Of a stretch of 64,000 nt of DNA, positions 48,135-58,682 are shown one piece after another. Position 1 is the first letter of the stretch, and the number at the start of each line of letters is the position of its first letter. Under the pieces are notes generated by a model, which saw nothing but the letters and a program-made list of their open reading frames with translations, was not told the DNA's origin and searched no databases. The stretch comes from Armatimonadota bacterium (GTDB lineage Bacteria; Armatimonadota; Fervidibacteria; Fervidibacterales; Fervidibacteraceae). Location: positions 1,699-65,698 of the forward strand of contig JANXBO010000009.1 of the NCBI GenBank assembly GCA_025057575.1, written 5' to 3'. Both the position numbers and the translations under genes were made by a program.

Positions 48135-48302
48135 CTTCGTCCCCCCTCTTGATTATGAGGAACCTCCCCGCCGACAACAATGCCGTCAGACCCTGGGCAA
48201 CAGTCGGTCTCCTCGCCATCCGAACAACCGGGTTGTAGGTTTTCCTTGTAGTCCCTTTCTTGTGTCCAGGACTAGACCTATTTTGTGATTGCTGCTAGAA
48301 TG

Positions 48303-48308
48303 TATAAT
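48303..48308 (+). promoter_or_regulatory. Perfect TATAAT -10 hexamer upstream of the prepilin-like gene
   Basis: Direct read of TATAAT at 48303-48308, 60 nt before the ATG at 48369. The only -35-like hexamer (TTGTGA) sits at a suboptimal 14-nt spacing. Confidence 0.35.
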
Positions 48309-48368
48309 TTGGTGAGTCCCGATAATGGGGCTGCACGAAAGGCGCGTTCGCATCGGGAGGTGCCTCTG

Positions 48369-49199
48369 ATGAACCGCAAGGGTTTCACGCTCATTGAACT
48401 GCTGGTCGTCATTGCCATCATTGCGATTCTGGCGGCCATCTTGTTTCCCGTGTTCAGCCAGGCACGGGAGAAAGCCCGCCAGGCGCAATGCACCAGCAAT
48501 GTCCGCAACATTGCCTTGGCTTTCGGACAGTATACCCAGGACTATGACGAACGGTTTTACGCTCAGCCGACCCCTTGCGGTCGGATTCCTGGCTTCCCGT
48601 CCCAACAAGTTTCCCGAATGCATCCCCCTTACTATGTCGTCCTGCAGCCCTACCTTCGTAACAAGCAGGTCTTTGTCTGCCCCAGTGCTCCCCGCTACTA
48701 CGGCTGCGCCCAGCCGACCTGCGTTCCCGAGTGGTATTGCGACGGGTTCCCCAACACCTATGGTTACAGCGAGATGCTCAATAACGATGTAGACTGGGCT
48801 GGTCAGTTTGGCTTCCAGGCTTCCGGCTGGGGGAGGCTGGCGACCATCCGAGAGCCCGCCAAGATGTTCGTTTTAGGCGACTGCGCAATGGGTCTGCTCT
48901 GCACGCCCAATGTGACCAGGGATGGCATTCAGATTCGGATCGCTCTGGCCAATCAACCCCCTTGCTGGCTGGGGCTGGCGTGCTACTGGAACCACACCGG
49001 TTCAACCGTGGAGCAAGCGGTGCTCCGTTCCGGGCGGACGATGAGCACGGTCACCCGGCATCTGGAGGGGAGCGAAATCATCTTCGCTGACTTCCACGTG
49101 AAGTGGTATCGCTGGCAGAATGTGCGGGATTCACGAGTGGGCGGTCCGATCCAGTTCGGTGCCGATTGCCGACCGTCCTGGGTCCCGGCGTTTCAGTAA
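48369..49199 (+). CDS. Prepilin-type N-terminal cleavage/methylation protein, DUF1559 / H-X9-DG family
   Basis: Class III signal peptide '[29 protein letters not shown]' and C-terminal '[17 protein letters not shown]' (H-X9-D[G->F]). The ATG at 48369 has a GGGAGGTG SD. Confidence 0.85.
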   Translation: MNRKGFTLIELLVVIAIIAILAAILFPVFSQAREKARQAQCTSNVRNIALAFGQYTQDYDERFYAQPTPCGRIPGFPSQQVSRMHPPYYVVLQPYLRNKQVFVCPSAPRYYGCAQPTCVPEWYCDGFPNTYGYSEMLNNDVDWAGQFGFQASGWGRLATIREPAKMFVLGDCAMGLLCTPNVTRDGIQIRIALANQPPCWLGLACYWNHTGSTVEQAVLRSGRTMSTVTRHLEGSEIIFADFHVKWYRWQNVRDSRVGGPIQFGADCRPSWVPAFQ

Positions 49200-49225
49200 G
49201 GAACCAAAAAAGGTGATGGGAGCGT

Positions 49226-49450
49226 ATGTCTGAGAAAGCCTTTTGGGCGATCGTCGCGATCGTTGTGGCTCTGGTCATTGTTGCCGGTGCCTGGTATTTC
49301 TGGCCCCGTCCGATCCAAAGTGCCCTGCCGATGCCCACTTCTGTCCAGGAGAAGGCTCGGCGCTGGCCGGAGAAGGCTCGGGAAGCGATGGAGAAGGTCC
49401 AGCCGGCGACCTCCTTGCCATCGGGTTCTCCGTCCCAACCCGGCAACTGA
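49226..49450 (+). CDS. Hypothetical small single-pass membrane protein (74 aa)
   Basis: Has an SD-like AAAGGTGATGGGAG and one TM helix (AIVAIVVALVIVAGAWYFW). Lies 26 nt downstream of the prepilin-like gene. Confidence 0.45.
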   Translation: MSEKAFWAIVAIVVALVIVAGAWYFWPRPIQSALPMPTSVQEKARRWPEKAREAMEKVQPATSLPSGSPSQPGN

Positions 49451-49493
49451 CGCTTTTTGGGGACCAGGGCAACCAAACTTTTTGGGCGAAACT

Positions 49494-52106
49494 TTAGGCA
49501 CGGGGAGCAACGCTCTCCGCTGCGGGGAGGAATTGCATTTCTCCTTTTTCTTCGTTGAAGTCCACGAATAGGTGACTACCGTCCGTGACCTGACCCGAGA
49601 CCAGCATTTTCGCCAAAGGATTGGCGATCAACCGTTCCACGGCTCTCCTGAGAGGACGGGCGCCAAAAGTTGGGTCGTAGCCCACTTGAGCCAGATGCTG
49701 GCGGGCTTTGTCCGTGACGGTCAACTGAATTTGGCGGTCCGCCAGTCGCTTCCGAATGCTCTCTAACTGCAGGTCCACGATTCGGGCAATGTCTTCGGGC
49801 GTCAGGCGGCGGAAGACGATGACCTCGTCAATCCGGTTCAAGAACTCTGGTCGGAAGCCCCTCCTCAGCGCCTCATTGACCTTCCGTTGAATCGTTGCCA
49901 TATCGTCCCATTCGCTGATATATTCGGTGCCGATGTTGCTGGTCATCACGATCAGGGTGTTGCGGAAGTCCACCGTTCGCCCCTTTCCGTCGGTCAGCCG
50001 ACCATCGTCCAGGACCTGAAGCAGGACATTGAAGACCTCGGGATGAGCCTTCTCTATTTCGTCTAAGAGGATCAGTGAGTAGGGTCGCCTTCGGACCGCT
50101 TCGGTCAACTGCCCTCCTTCCTCGTATCCGACATAGCCGGGCGGTGCACCGATCAGTCGGGCGACACTGTGGCGCTCCTGATATTCACTCATATCTATCC
50201 GCGTCATTGCCTTCTCGTCGTCAAACAGAAACTCGGCGATGGCTTTAGACAGTTCGGTCTTACCAACGCCGGTGGGACCGACGAACAGGAAACTGGCGAT
50301 GGGTCTGTTGGGATCCTGCAGACCGGCTCGGGCTCTTCGGACCGCGTTGGCGACGGCAGAGATGGCGTGGTCTTGTCCCACAACCCTTCGGGCAAGCCTC
50401 TCCTCCATCTGCAACAGTTTCTCCGCCTCTGACTCCATCAGCCTTTTGACCGGGATTCCCGTCCACTTACTGACGACTTCCGCGATGTCTTCTTCATCCA
50501 CCTCTTCTTTCAACAGCCGACCGTTTGCCTGTATTAACGCCAGTTTCTCTTCTTGCTCTTTGAGGTCACTGTGGAGTTTGTAGAGGGTCCCATACCGCAA
50601 CTCGGCTGCCCGGCTCAGATCGTATTCCCGTTCCGCCTTTTCTACTTCTCTTCTGGTTTCCTCAATCTGCGCCTTGATGCGGCGAATTTCCCCGATGATG
50701 TTTTTCTCCTGTTCCCACTGAGCCTTCAGTTGAGCCAGCCGCTCCTGATGATCGGCAATCTCTTTGTCAATGGCTTGCAGCCGCTCCCTTGCCTTGGGAT
50801 CGTCTTCATCCTTGCTCAAAGCGACCTTTTCAATCTCTAACTGTCGGATCCGTCTTTCCACCTCATCCAGTTCCGTCGGCATACTGTCAATCTCCATTCG
50901 GAGTTTGGCGGCGGCTTCGTCTACCAAGTCTATGGCTTTATCGGGGAGGAATCGGTCGCTAATGTAGCGATGGGAGAGGACGGCGGCTTGAACGAGAGCG
51001 CTGTCCTTGATCCGGACGCCGTGATGGACTTCATAACGATCTTTCAGACCCCGAAGGATGGCGATGGTCTGCTCCACCGTTGGCTCTCCCACATAAACGG
51101 GCTGGAACCGCCTCTCCAAAGCCGCATCTTTTTCAATGTGCTTTCGGTATTCGTCCAGGGTCGTGGCGCCGATGCAGCGCAGTTCACCACGGGCAAGGGC
51201 GGGTTTGAGCATATCCCCAGCAGCGACAGCACCTTCGGCGGCTCCGGCACCGACGATCGTGTGCAGTTCATCAATGAAAACGATGAACCGCCCCTCCGAT
51301 GCTGTTAGTTCCTCTAAGACGGCTTTTAACCTCTCTTCAAACTCCCCGCGATACTTTGTGCCGGCAAGTAGACCAGCGACATCCAATTGAAAAATCCTTT
51401 TGTCCTTCAACGACTCGGGAACATCGCCGGCGACGATGCGTTGCGCCAGTCCTTCTACAATGGCGGTCTTTCCGACTCCGGGGTCACCGACCAAAACGGG
51501 ATTGTTTTTGGTCCTTCGGGAAAGAATGTGGATGACTCGGCGAATCTCCTCGTCCCTTCCGATGACAGGATCCAGTTTGCCCTTCCGGGCTAAGTCTGTT
51601 AGGTCACGACCAAAGCGCTCTAATGCTTGGTATCGCTCCTCGGCGGTCTGATCCATCACCCGATGGGGACCTCGGAGTGATTGGATCATCTGATGAAGAG
51701 CAGCCAGAGTGACGCCCGCCTCCCTTAACAGTCGTCCCGCTGGTCCCTCGTCCTGAGCCAAGGCTAACAAAAGATGTTCCGTTGCGATGTAGGCATCCCG
51801 CATCTGCTGAGAGTGCTTTTCGGACAAGTTCAAGAGTGTTAACAGCCTTTGGCTCAAAACGACCTGAGTGGGGGTCGTCGCCTGGGGCAGGCGTTTGAGT
51901 TCCGCCTCCAAGCGGCGCCGCAAAGAGGACAGGTCCACCTCCAGTTGCTGTAAAACCCGAACGACCAGGCTTTCCCGATCGCTCAGCAGGGCGAACAAAA
52001 GATGCTCCGGTGTCAGTTCGGTATGCCGGTATTCCATTGCGAATCGGTGCGCTGACTGGAGGGCTTGCTGGGCTTTCAGAGTAAAGCGATCCACGTTCAC
52101 GACCAT
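49494..52106 (-). CDS. clpB: ATP-dependent chaperone ClpB
   Basis: 870 aa with a Clp N-domain, two AAA+ modules ([16 protein letters not shown]) and a long coiled-coil middle domain. Confidence 0.95.
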   Translation of the reverse strand: MVVNVDRFTLKAQQALQSAHRFAMEYRHTELTPEHLLFALLSDRESLVVRVLQQLEVDLSSLRRRLEAELKRLPQATTPTQVVLSQRLLTLLNLSEKHSQQMRDAYIATEHLLLALAQDEGPAGRLLREAGVTLAALHQMIQSLRGPHRVMDQTAEERYQALERFGRDLTDLARKGKLDPVIGRDEEIRRVIHILSRRTKNNPVLVGDPGVGKTAIVEGLAQRIVAGDVPESLKDKRIFQLDVAGLLAGTKYRGEFEERLKAVLEELTASEGRFIVFIDELHTIVGAGAAEGAVAAGDMLKPALARGELRCIGATTLDEYRKHIEKDAALERRFQPVYVGEPTVEQTIAILRGLKDRYEVHHGVRIKDSALVQAAVLSHRYISDRFLPDKAIDLVDEAAAKLRMEIDSMPTELDEVERRIRQLEIEKVALSKDEDDPKARERLQAIDKEIADHQERLAQLKAQWEQEKNIIGEIRRIKAQIEETRREVEKAEREYDLSRAAELRYGTLYKLHSDLKEQEEKLALIQANGRLLKEEVDEEDIAEVVSKWTGIPVKRLMESEAEKLLQMEERLARRVVGQDHAISAVANAVRRARAGLQDPNRPIASFLFVGPTGVGKTELSKAIAEFLFDDEKAMTRIDMSEYQERHSVARLIGAPPGYVGYEEGGQLTEAVRRRPYSLILLDEIEKAHPEVFNVLLQVLDDGRLTDGKGRTVDFRNTLIVMTSNIGTEYISEWDDMATIQRKVNEALRRGFRPEFLNRIDEVIVFRRLTPEDIARIVDLQLESIRKRLADRQIQLTVTDKARQHLAQVGYDPTFGARPLRRAVERLIANPLAKMLVSGQVTDGSHLFVDFNEEKGEMQFLPAAESVAPRA

Positions 52107-52131
52107 CGCCTCCTTTTGGGGAACGATTGGA

Positions 52132-53262
52132 TCAGCGACTGAGGTTCAGAAATCGGGAAAGGGGCATCCACTCCGGCTGAATGCTGATGGAACGGGTCTT
52201 CCCTTGACGCACGACGGTAATTTGAAAGGGCGTCCCCATTTGGGCAGACTGCCGAACGACTTGCCGGAGATGGTGAACGTCCCTGACGGGTTGACCGTTG
52301 ATCTGGACGATGGCGTCGCCCGCGTGCAGCCCCGCTTTTTCTGCCGGGGTCCCTTCCATCACCGAGACGACCTTAAGGGCTTTAGGCGTAGAAAGACCCA
52401 TCTGATTCAGTTCCTCAGCAGATGCCATATCGTAGCGGATGCCAATGACCGGCTGGCGCACTTCTTGATGGCGCAGGAGTTGCTGGACCGCATCGGAGAC
52501 GATCTCCGCAGGAATGGCAAAGGCAATCCCTTGGGCGCCCGGACGCATCGCTACATTTAGTCCGACTACTTCACCTTTGAGATTGACCAGAGCCCCTCCA
52601 CTGTTGCCAGGATTGATAGCCGCGTCGGTCTGTAGGAGGTCGTTGAGAAAGGTTTCATCGTCGGGAAGACTCCTTCCTTTGGCGCTAATGATCCCGACTG
52701 TGGCGGTGTTGGAGAAACCGTAGGGGTTGCCGATGGCGATCACCCAAGCGCCTTCCTTCAGTTCGTCGGACCGACCGAAGCGAGCCTCTGGCAGTCCGTT
52801 GGCGTCTATCTTGAGAATCGCCAAGTCTAATTGGGGTTCAGCACCCAACAGCCGGGCTTTATAAGACCGACCATCCTTGAGCGTGACCGTGATGGTCCGG
52901 GCACCTTCCACGACGTGATGGTTGGTGACGACCAGTCCCCTTTTGCCGTCTATAATGATCCCTGATCCGGCATTCGTCGGGAAGGGTAACCGCTCCTGAC
53001 CCCCGTCAATGTTGACGACAGCAGGTCCGACTTTTTCCACGATCGGCACCCAAAAATCGGGTGTCATCGTCTGGGGAGTGATCGGACCGTTCGTTGGTCG
53101 TTCCGCCTCCGTGGACACGGGGCGGGATGCCGGTTGACTGGTAGGAATCGTTTCCCGTTCCGACGACCATCGTCCTAACTGATAACCCGTCGCCATTAGC
53201 AGACCACCAACAAGGAGTCCTGTGAACCAGATGATCAGGTCCCGCAACGACACCGCATTCAT
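52132..53262 (-). CDS. HtrA/DegP-family serine protease, one PDZ domain
   Basis: Catalytic triad contexts 'TNHHVVEG', 'DLAILKI' and 'GNSGGAL', plus a C-terminal PDZ. The ATG at 53262 with an AGGGGGAAAG SD is preferred over the ORF-track start at 53319. Confidence 0.88.
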   Translation of the reverse strand: MNAVSLRDLIIWFTGLLVGGLLMATGYQLGRWSSERETIPTSQPASRPVSTEAERPTNGPITPQTMTPDFWVPIVEKVGPAVVNIDGGQERLPFPTNAGSGIIIDGKRGLVVTNHHVVEGARTITVTLKDGRSYKARLLGAEPQLDLAILKIDANGLPEARFGRSDELKEGAWVIAIGNPYGFSNTATVGIISAKGRSLPDDETFLNDLLQTDAAINPGNSGGALVNLKGEVVGLNVAMRPGAQGIAFAIPAEIVSDAVQQLLRHQEVRQPVIGIRYDMASAEELNQMGLSTPKALKVVSVMEGTPAEKAGLHAGDAIVQINGQPVRDVHHLRQVVRQSAQMGTPFQITVVRQGKTRSISIQPEWMPLSRFLNLSR

Positions 53263-53288
53263 TGCTCTTTCCCCCTGTCCGTCTACCG

Positions 53289-53768
53289 TCAGTCGTGCGA
53301 GAGATTTTCTGCTGACCAATCCCGCCGTCGGGTCCCTTCAAGAGGGACAATCGGTCCGCCTCTCACCAATTGGACGGGAAAGGTCCGTTGACGGATGTAT
53401 TCCTCCCACTGCTGGGCGACCAGGCGAGACGCCAGAATTTCTGCCTGCCTCTGGGCTTCCTGCCAGAACCGTTTCCGAAGCCGCTCCAGTTCTTCTTCCA
53501 ATTTCTGGACCCGCTCCGATAGACGAAGGGCAACCTCCACGCCCGCCAAATTGACCCCCATCCCCCTGGTTAAGTCCTGAACCCTTTTAATCCGTTCCAC
53601 ATCCTTCAAAGAGTAAATTCTTTTCCCGTGCTCGGTCCTTTTGGGTGTGACCAGTCCCAGCCGCTCGTAGAGCCTCAGCGTTTGGGCGTGGACACCCACC
53701 ATCTTGGCGACGACGCTGATGGAAAAGTATTGATGGGGTTCCTGTTTCCTTTTGGCTGTCTGTTTCAT
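53289..53768 (-). CDS. hspR: MerR-family heat-shock repressor HspR
   Basis: Helix-turn-helix (HTH) 'FSISVVAKMVGVHAQTLRLYERLGLVTPKRTEHGKRIYS' and 'GVNLAGVEVAL'. Positioned directly after dnaJ, as in actinobacterial dnaK operons. Confidence 0.82.
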   Translation of the reverse strand: MKQTAKRKQEPHQYFSISVVAKMVGVHAQTLRLYERLGLVTPKRTEHGKRIYSLKDVERIKRVQDLTRGMGVNLAGVEVALRLSERVQKLEEELERLRKRFWQEAQRQAEILASRLVAQQWEEYIRQRTFPVQLVRGGPIVPLEGTRRRDWSAENLSHD

Positions 53769-53795
53769 AGACCAGCACCTCTTTTAGGTCTGCTG

Positions 53796-54977
53796 TCAGG
53801 AATGTGTTCCTGACGATTGACGCCCGTCCCTTTTGGGGAGCCAGAGCCGTGCTCGGGGATTCTCGAAACGCTCCTGAGCCAGCTGCTGAATCAACTGTCT
53901 TTCCCGAGCCGTCAATTCTTTGGGGACGACGACCTTGAGGCGAAGGTAAAGGTCCCCCCGCCCCCCACCTATCTTGGGAAGCCCCATTTGGGATAGGCGG
54001 AGCAACTGTCCAGATTGAGAACCGGATGGGACCACCACTCGGACCGTTCCTTCCAGAGTGGGCACTGTAATCTCCGCACCCAGAGCGGCTTCAGGAAAGG
54101 TAACGGGGACCTCCAGATAGAGGTCATCGTCTTTCCTCTCAAAAAACGGGTGGGGCTTAATCTCAACCTGAAGGTAAAGATCCCCTCGGCTGCCCCCGTT
54201 GATGCCGGCAGGTCCCTGCCCCTGAAGACGCAATTTGGTCCCCTCGCGAACGCCTTTGGGAATAACCACCTCAACGGTTCGGTTCACCGAAACCTTGCCG
54301 CTACCGCCACAGGACGAACATCGGCTTTCCAACAGCTTTCCCTCTCCCCGGCACCGATGGCAAGGGGAACCCAGGGAGATCAAACCCCGTCGTTGATTAA
54401 CCACCCCTGAACCGTTACAAACGGGACAGATCGTCTCCCGTCCACCCATTCCTGAGCAAGACGAGCAGGGCTCTTCTAGGGTCACCACGATCTTACGGGT
54501 AGACCCCTTTGCCACCTCTTCTAAGTCAATGGTTATGGGAACCGTCACATCGGCACCTCTTTTGGGTTGACTGGTCGTTCGGGTCCTCTGTCGGGTGGTA
54601 GCCCTTCCCGTCAGTCCTGAAAGGAGATCGGCAAAAGAACTGAACAGATCTTCACCAAAGGAGGTAAAGTCCCACGGCGGTGCCTCCCCCGTGGGGGGCA
54701 TCCAGCCGATGTCCTCCACATTCATCCCCGCTTGCTTCGCCTGCCAAAGGGACTTCCAATGGTGACCAAAGCGATCGTAAAGGCTTCTCTTCTCCGGATC
54801 CGACAACACCTCGTAGGCTTCCTGAATCTCCTTGAACTTCTCTTCGGCTCTCTTATCGTTTGGGTTCAGGTCGGGATGATATTGACGGACGAGCCTCCGG
54901 TACGCCTGCTTAATGTCCTTTTCCGAAGCCGTTCGGGAGACGCCTAAGACCTGATAATAGTCCTTCGGTTCCGCCAT
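53796..54977 (-). CDS. dnaJ: Molecular chaperone DnaJ
   Basis: J-domain with 'HPD' (YHPDLNP) and four CxxCxGxG zinc-finger repeats ([32 protein letters not shown]). Confidence 0.95.
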   Translation of the reverse strand: MAEPKDYYQVLGVSRTASEKDIKQAYRRLVRQYHPDLNPNDKRAEEKFKEIQEAYEVLSDPEKRSLYDRFGHHWKSLWQAKQAGMNVEDIGWMPPTGEAPPWDFTSFGEDLFSSFADLLSGLTGRATTRQRTRTTSQPKRGADVTVPITIDLEEVAKGSTRKIVVTLEEPCSSCSGMGGRETICPVCNGSGVVNQRRGLISLGSPCHRCRGEGKLLESRCSSCGGSGKVSVNRTVEVVIPKGVREGTKLRLQGQGPAGINGGSRGDLYLQVEIKPHPFFERKDDDLYLEVPVTFPEAALGAEITVPTLEGTVRVVVPSGSQSGQLLRLSQMGLPKIGGGRGDLYLRLKVVVPKELTARERQLIQQLAQERFENPRARLWLPKRDGRQSSGTHS

Positions 54978-54998
54978 AAACCCTTCCCATCCGCCCCT

Positions 54999-56576
54999 TC
55001 AGCGGGCGGGGATCGTCCGCATCATCGTTGAGGAACCTCGGCGAAGGGTCACCGCAACCGTCTGGTCTGGGTTGAGGGATCGGGTGATCCGAAGAAAGTC
55101 GGCAATGGATCGGACCGGTTGCGACGCCATCGCCGTGATGACATCACCCGGCTCCACACCGTTTTGACCGGCGGGAGAGTCCACATCCACCTGTTTAACA
55201 ACCACACCTTGAAAAGTGGGGGGAAGACCAAGATCTCTGCGAAGTTCGGGAGTTAGTTCGCCGACGGTCATTCCCCGCCACCGGCTTTCTTTGGAAGCCA
55301 TCGCGACGACTTCGTCGGTTCGTTCACCTAAGGTGACCGTAATGGTCTTTTCCTGACCGCCCCGCAGAACCTTAAGGGTCACGGTCGTCCCTGGTGGGGT
55401 CCTACCGATGAGGCTCTGGAGATGAGCGCTGCTGCGGACGGGAATGCCGTTGAAGCCGACGATAATGTCATCGGGTTGCAGACCGCCCTTCTCACCAGGA
55501 GACCCGGCAATGACCTCCCGGACCACAGCGCCGGCAACATCTTTCCCACCTAAAGCCGACGGATCGTCAAGGGCTTCGGCATCCATTATGTGAACTCCCA
55601 GCCAGCCCCGAACAACTTTGCCGTTCCGTAAGATCTGATCCACAACAAACTTAGCGGTGTTGATCGGGATGGCGAAACCGATGCCCACACTTCCCCCTGT
55701 CGGGGAGAAGATGGCGGTATTGATGCCGATGACCTCCCCCCGTATGTTGCACAACGGACCTCCGCTGTTGCCCTGGTTAATGGCGGCATCGGTCTGGATA
55801 AACTCCGTATACTCCACCGGTGCCCCCATTCGGGGATCTCTCGGGTTCCGCCCGATGGCGCTAACGACCCCAACGGTCAAGGTCTGACGAAAACCAAAGG
55901 GATTTCCAATGGCAATCGCCCATTCCCCAACCCGAACCTGATCGCTGTCGCCTAAACGTGCCTCTGTCAAGCGCTCCCCTCTGGGGTCTACCTTCAAGAC
56001 AGCCAGGTCGGTCTGCTCGTCGCTGCCGACCAATTGGGCAGAAAGTCTTTTTCCGTTAGAGAGCATAATGGCGATCTGATCAATTCCTTCAATGACATGC
56101 CGATTGGTGAGGATGTAACCGTCCGATCGGATGATCACCCCACTGCCACGGGGGACCCATCTAGGTCGTTCCTCCCCTTCTGATTCTGAAGGCGCAGGGG
56201 GTCCCTGAGGACCCTCTTCACCGAAGAACCGGCGAAAGAACTCTCGGAAGAAGGGGTCACTTTCAAAGGGTTCCGGGAAAGTCCGAGGGGGCTGAAAGCG
56301 TCGGAGACGGGTTGTCAGGCTGCGGATAGGGACAACGATCGTCACCGTTGCGGGTTCCACCGTTCGGGCGACCCAGACGAAGGCTTCTTGGAGTTGTTCA
56401 GCTGCCCGAAGAAGGGGTTCGGGCATAGAAGCAGCGCTGTTGACGGCAACGACTCGGTCCGAAGGACCCATTCCCGTTAACCATCGGGTCAGTCCCGCTC
56501 CCATCGCCAGTGAGAGCCCTATGGTTGCCAGCAGAACGGTTGCTCTTCCCTTTCCTGTTTGCCACCAATGGCTCAT
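54999..56576 (-). CDS. HtrA/DegP/DegQ-family serine protease, two PDZ domains
   Basis: Catalytic triad contexts 'TNRHVIEG', 'DLAVLKV' and 'GNSGGPL', with two PDZ-like C-terminal domains and an N-terminal TM/signal segment. Confidence 0.88.
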   Translation of the reverse strand: MSHWWQTGKGRATVLLATIGLSLAMGAGLTRWLTGMGPSDRVVAVNSAASMPEPLLRAAEQLQEAFVWVARTVEPATVTIVVPIRSLTTRLRRFQPPRTFPEPFESDPFFREFFRRFFGEEGPQGPPAPSESEGEERPRWVPRGSGVIIRSDGYILTNRHVIEGIDQIAIMLSNGKRLSAQLVGSDEQTDLAVLKVDPRGERLTEARLGDSDQVRVGEWAIAIGNPFGFRQTLTVGVVSAIGRNPRDPRMGAPVEYTEFIQTDAAINQGNSGGPLCNIRGEVIGINTAIFSPTGGSVGIGFAIPINTAKFVVDQILRNGKVVRGWLGVHIMDAEALDDPSALGGKDVAGAVVREVIAGSPGEKGGLQPDDIIVGFNGIPVRSSAHLQSLIGRTPPGTTVTLKVLRGGQEKTITVTLGERTDEVVAMASKESRWRGMTVGELTPELRRDLGLPPTFQGVVVKQVDVDSPAGQNGVEPGDVITAMASQPVRSIADFLRITRSLNPDQTVAVTLRRGSSTMMRTIPAR

Positions 56577-56618
56577 CCCGTTCGCCTCCTTACCTAACCT
56601 ACAAAAGACTTAGACGAA

Positions 56619-56634
56619 AGGGAAAGAGTTCCCT
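56619..56634 (-). other. Short hairpin between dnaK and htrA (possible partial terminator or processing site)
   Basis: AGGGAA-4 nt-TTCCCT (6-bp stem), followed on the minus strand by the T-rich TTCGTCTAAGTCTTTT. Weak. Confidence 0.25.
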
Positions 56635-56642
56635 GCTGAGCC

Positions 56643-58556
56643 TTAGTCGCCGGAACGGAACTCGGCATCTATCACATCGCCGCCTGTCGTCCCCTCTTTT
56701 TCCGGCTGACCATCGCCACCGGTTCCCTCCCGTGCCGAGGCGGTGGTTGCTCTCTGATACACCCGCTCCGATACTCGGAACAGATGATGCTTCAGAGTCT
56801 CTATCCCATCACGAATCCGTCCGATGTCGTCGCTGGTCATTCGTTCCTTCAGGTCGGCAATTGCCCTCTCCAGGTCCCGTTGCTCGGTTTCCGAAAGATG
56901 ATCTTTCTGGTCTTTCAAGGTCTTTTCCGCTTGATAGACCAGAGCGTCCGCTTCATTGCGGGCTTCCGCTAACTGCCTCGCTCGGCGGTCCTGCTCAGCG
57001 AACTGCTCGGCTTCCCGAATCATCCTCTCTATCTCGTCCCGCTGAAGGTTGGTGGAGTCCTTGATGACAATGGACTGTTCTCTTTTCGTCGCCAGGTCCT
57101 TGGCGGTCACGTGCAAAATGCCATTGGTGTCTACATCAAAAGTGACTTCAATCTGAGGGACACCCCTTGGCGCTGGGGGGATGCCCGTCAGGTAGAATTT
57201 ACCTAAGGATCGGTTGTCCTTTGCCAACGGTCGCTCTCCTTGCAGAATGTGAATTTCCACCGTCGTCTGACCGTCGGCGGCAGTCGTGAAAATCTCACTC
57301 TTTCGGGTGGGGATGGTGGTGTTCCTGGGAAGGAGGGTGGTCATCATCCCGCCTAAGGTCTCCACGCCCAGGGACAGGGGAATGACATCCAAGAGGACGA
57401 TGTCTCTGGTCTTGCCCGCCAAGATCGCCGCCTGAATGGCAGCACCAACCGCCACCACCTCGTCCGGGTTCACTCCTTTATGAGGCTCTTTACCCGTCAA
57501 CTTTCGCACCAGTTCCTGAATCATCGGCATCCGCGTCGCCCCGCCGACCAGGATGACCTCGTCAATCTTGTCCATTGAAACGCCAGCATCGCTTACCGCC
57601 TGCCGGAAGGGTCGCTCACACCGCTCTAAAAGGTCCCTGGTTAATTCCTCAAATTTCGCTCGGGTAATGCGGACATTTAGGTGCAGGGGACCCCGATCGG
57701 GATGGAAACTGATGAACGGCAGGTTCACCTCCGTTTCCAAGACGCTGGAGAGTTCTATCTTGGCTTTCTCAGCGGCTTCTTTGAGGCGTTGAAGGGCTTG
57801 GCGGTCTTTCCTGAGGTCTACACCGTTCTCCTGCAGGAAAGTGTCCGCCAGATAGTTCATCAACCGCTCGTCCCAATCGTCACCCCCCAGGTGGCTATCC
57901 CCTGCCGTCGCTTTCACTTCAAAGACGCCCTCTCCGATTTCCAAGATGGACACATCAAAGGTCCCGCCACCCAGGTCCCAGACGAGGATCAGACCTTCCT
58001 TTTTCTTGTCAAAGCCATAGGCAAGGGCGGCTGCCGTCGGCTCGGGAATGATCCTCAGGACTTCAAGACCAGCAATTTCTCCCGCGTTTTTGGTTGCCGT
58101 CCTCTGGGCGCTGTCAAAATAGGCGGGGACCGTTATGACCGCCTGCTTGACCTCTTGACCCAGATAGGCTTCCGCATCCTGCTTCAGTTTCTGAAGAACG
58201 AAGGCGGAAATCTCCTCGGGCGTGAACCTCTTGTTGCCGAGCGTGGGCACCTCCACCATCGGCACTCCGTTGGGTCCTTCCACGACTCTATAGGGAACCC
58301 GCTGCCGCTCTACAGAAGTCGCTGCATAGGTCCTGCCAATGAACCTCTTAATGGAATAAAAAGTGTTCTCTGGGTTCAAAAGGCTTTGCCTTTTGGCAGG
58401 GATGCCGACCAGCCGCTGACCGTCTTTTTGGAAAGCGACCACGCTGGGTGTGAGATTAGACCCCTCAGCGTTGGGAATGACTTTGACGTCGCCTCCCTCC
58501 ATTATGGCGATCACCGAGTTGGTCGTCCCTAAGTCAATTCCGACAACAGCTGCCAT
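56643..58556 (-). CDS. dnaK: Molecular chaperone DnaK (Hsp70)
   Basis: 637 aa with 'GIDLGTTNS', 'DLGGGTFD' and '[11 protein letters not shown]'. GAAGGAGG SD. Confidence 0.97.
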   Translation of the reverse strand: MAAVVGIDLGTTNSVIAIMEGGDVKVIPNAEGSNLTPSVVAFQKDGQRLVGIPAKRQSLLNPENTFYSIKRFIGRTYAATSVERQRVPYRVVEGPNGVPMVEVPTLGNKRFTPEEISAFVLQKLKQDAEAYLGQEVKQAVITVPAYFDSAQRTATKNAGEIAGLEVLRIIPEPTAAALAYGFDKKKEGLILVWDLGGGTFDVSILEIGEGVFEVKATAGDSHLGGDDWDERLMNYLADTFLQENGVDLRKDRQALQRLKEAAEKAKIELSSVLETEVNLPFISFHPDRGPLHLNVRITRAKFEELTRDLLERCERPFRQAVSDAGVSMDKIDEVILVGGATRMPMIQELVRKLTGKEPHKGVNPDEVVAVGAAIQAAILAGKTRDIVLLDVIPLSLGVETLGGMMTTLLPRNTTIPTRKSEIFTTAADGQTTVEIHILQGERPLAKDNRSLGKFYLTGIPPAPRGVPQIEVTFDVDTNGILHVTAKDLATKREQSIVIKDSTNLQRDEIERMIREAEQFAEQDRRARQLAEARNEADALVYQAEKTLKDQKDHLSETEQRDLERAIADLKERMTSDDIGRIRDGIETLKHHLFRVSERVYQRATTASAREGTGGDGQPEKEGTTGGDVIDAEFRSGD

Positions 58557-58614
58557 TTTCAGAACCTCCTTCTGTTTTTGTCCTGATCGGTCTCATTCCT
58601 TGTTGGTCTTTACC

Positions 58615-58635
58615 CTTGATAATAATGCACTAAAC
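58615..58635. promoter_or_regulatory. HAIR-like inverted repeat (candidate HspR operator) upstream of dnaK
   Basis: Direct read of CTTGATA-N7-ACTAAAC versus the HspR-associated inverted repeat consensus CTTGAGT-N7-ACTCAAG. This is 10/14 matches with exact 7-nt spacing, 59-79 nt upstream of the dnaK ATG. Confidence 0.35.
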
Positions 58636-58682
58636 AATCTTTTGCCCTATCTTGGTGAAGAGGTGAGACAACCCCTTTCTGC

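Noticed and set aside
54999-56576. Expected grpE between dnaK and dnaJ
   Set aside because: The ORF in that position has the His/Asp/Ser trypsin-like triad contexts and two PDZ domains, so it is an HtrA protease. No alternative frame encodes a GrpE-like protein.
57681-58532. Long antisense ORFs inside conserved genes. Examples: 57681-58532(+) in dnaK, 58872-59726(+) in the dehydrogenase, 6681-7517(-) in prkA, 4834-5700(-) in mgtE, 32195-32911(+) and 32945-33508(+) in the lipoprotein gene, 8504-9214(-) in yeaH, 51868-52560(+) across clpB/htrA.
   Set aside because: These are shadow ORFs, typical of GC-rich DNA opposite strongly supported genes. Their translations are Arg/Pro/Gly/Ser-rich and low in complexity, with no SD or motif.
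58557-58682. CIRCE (TTAGCACTC-N9-GAGTGCTAA) operator upstream of dnaK
   Set aside because: No acceptable match. The only element present is the HAIR-like one, which fits the hspR gene in the operon.
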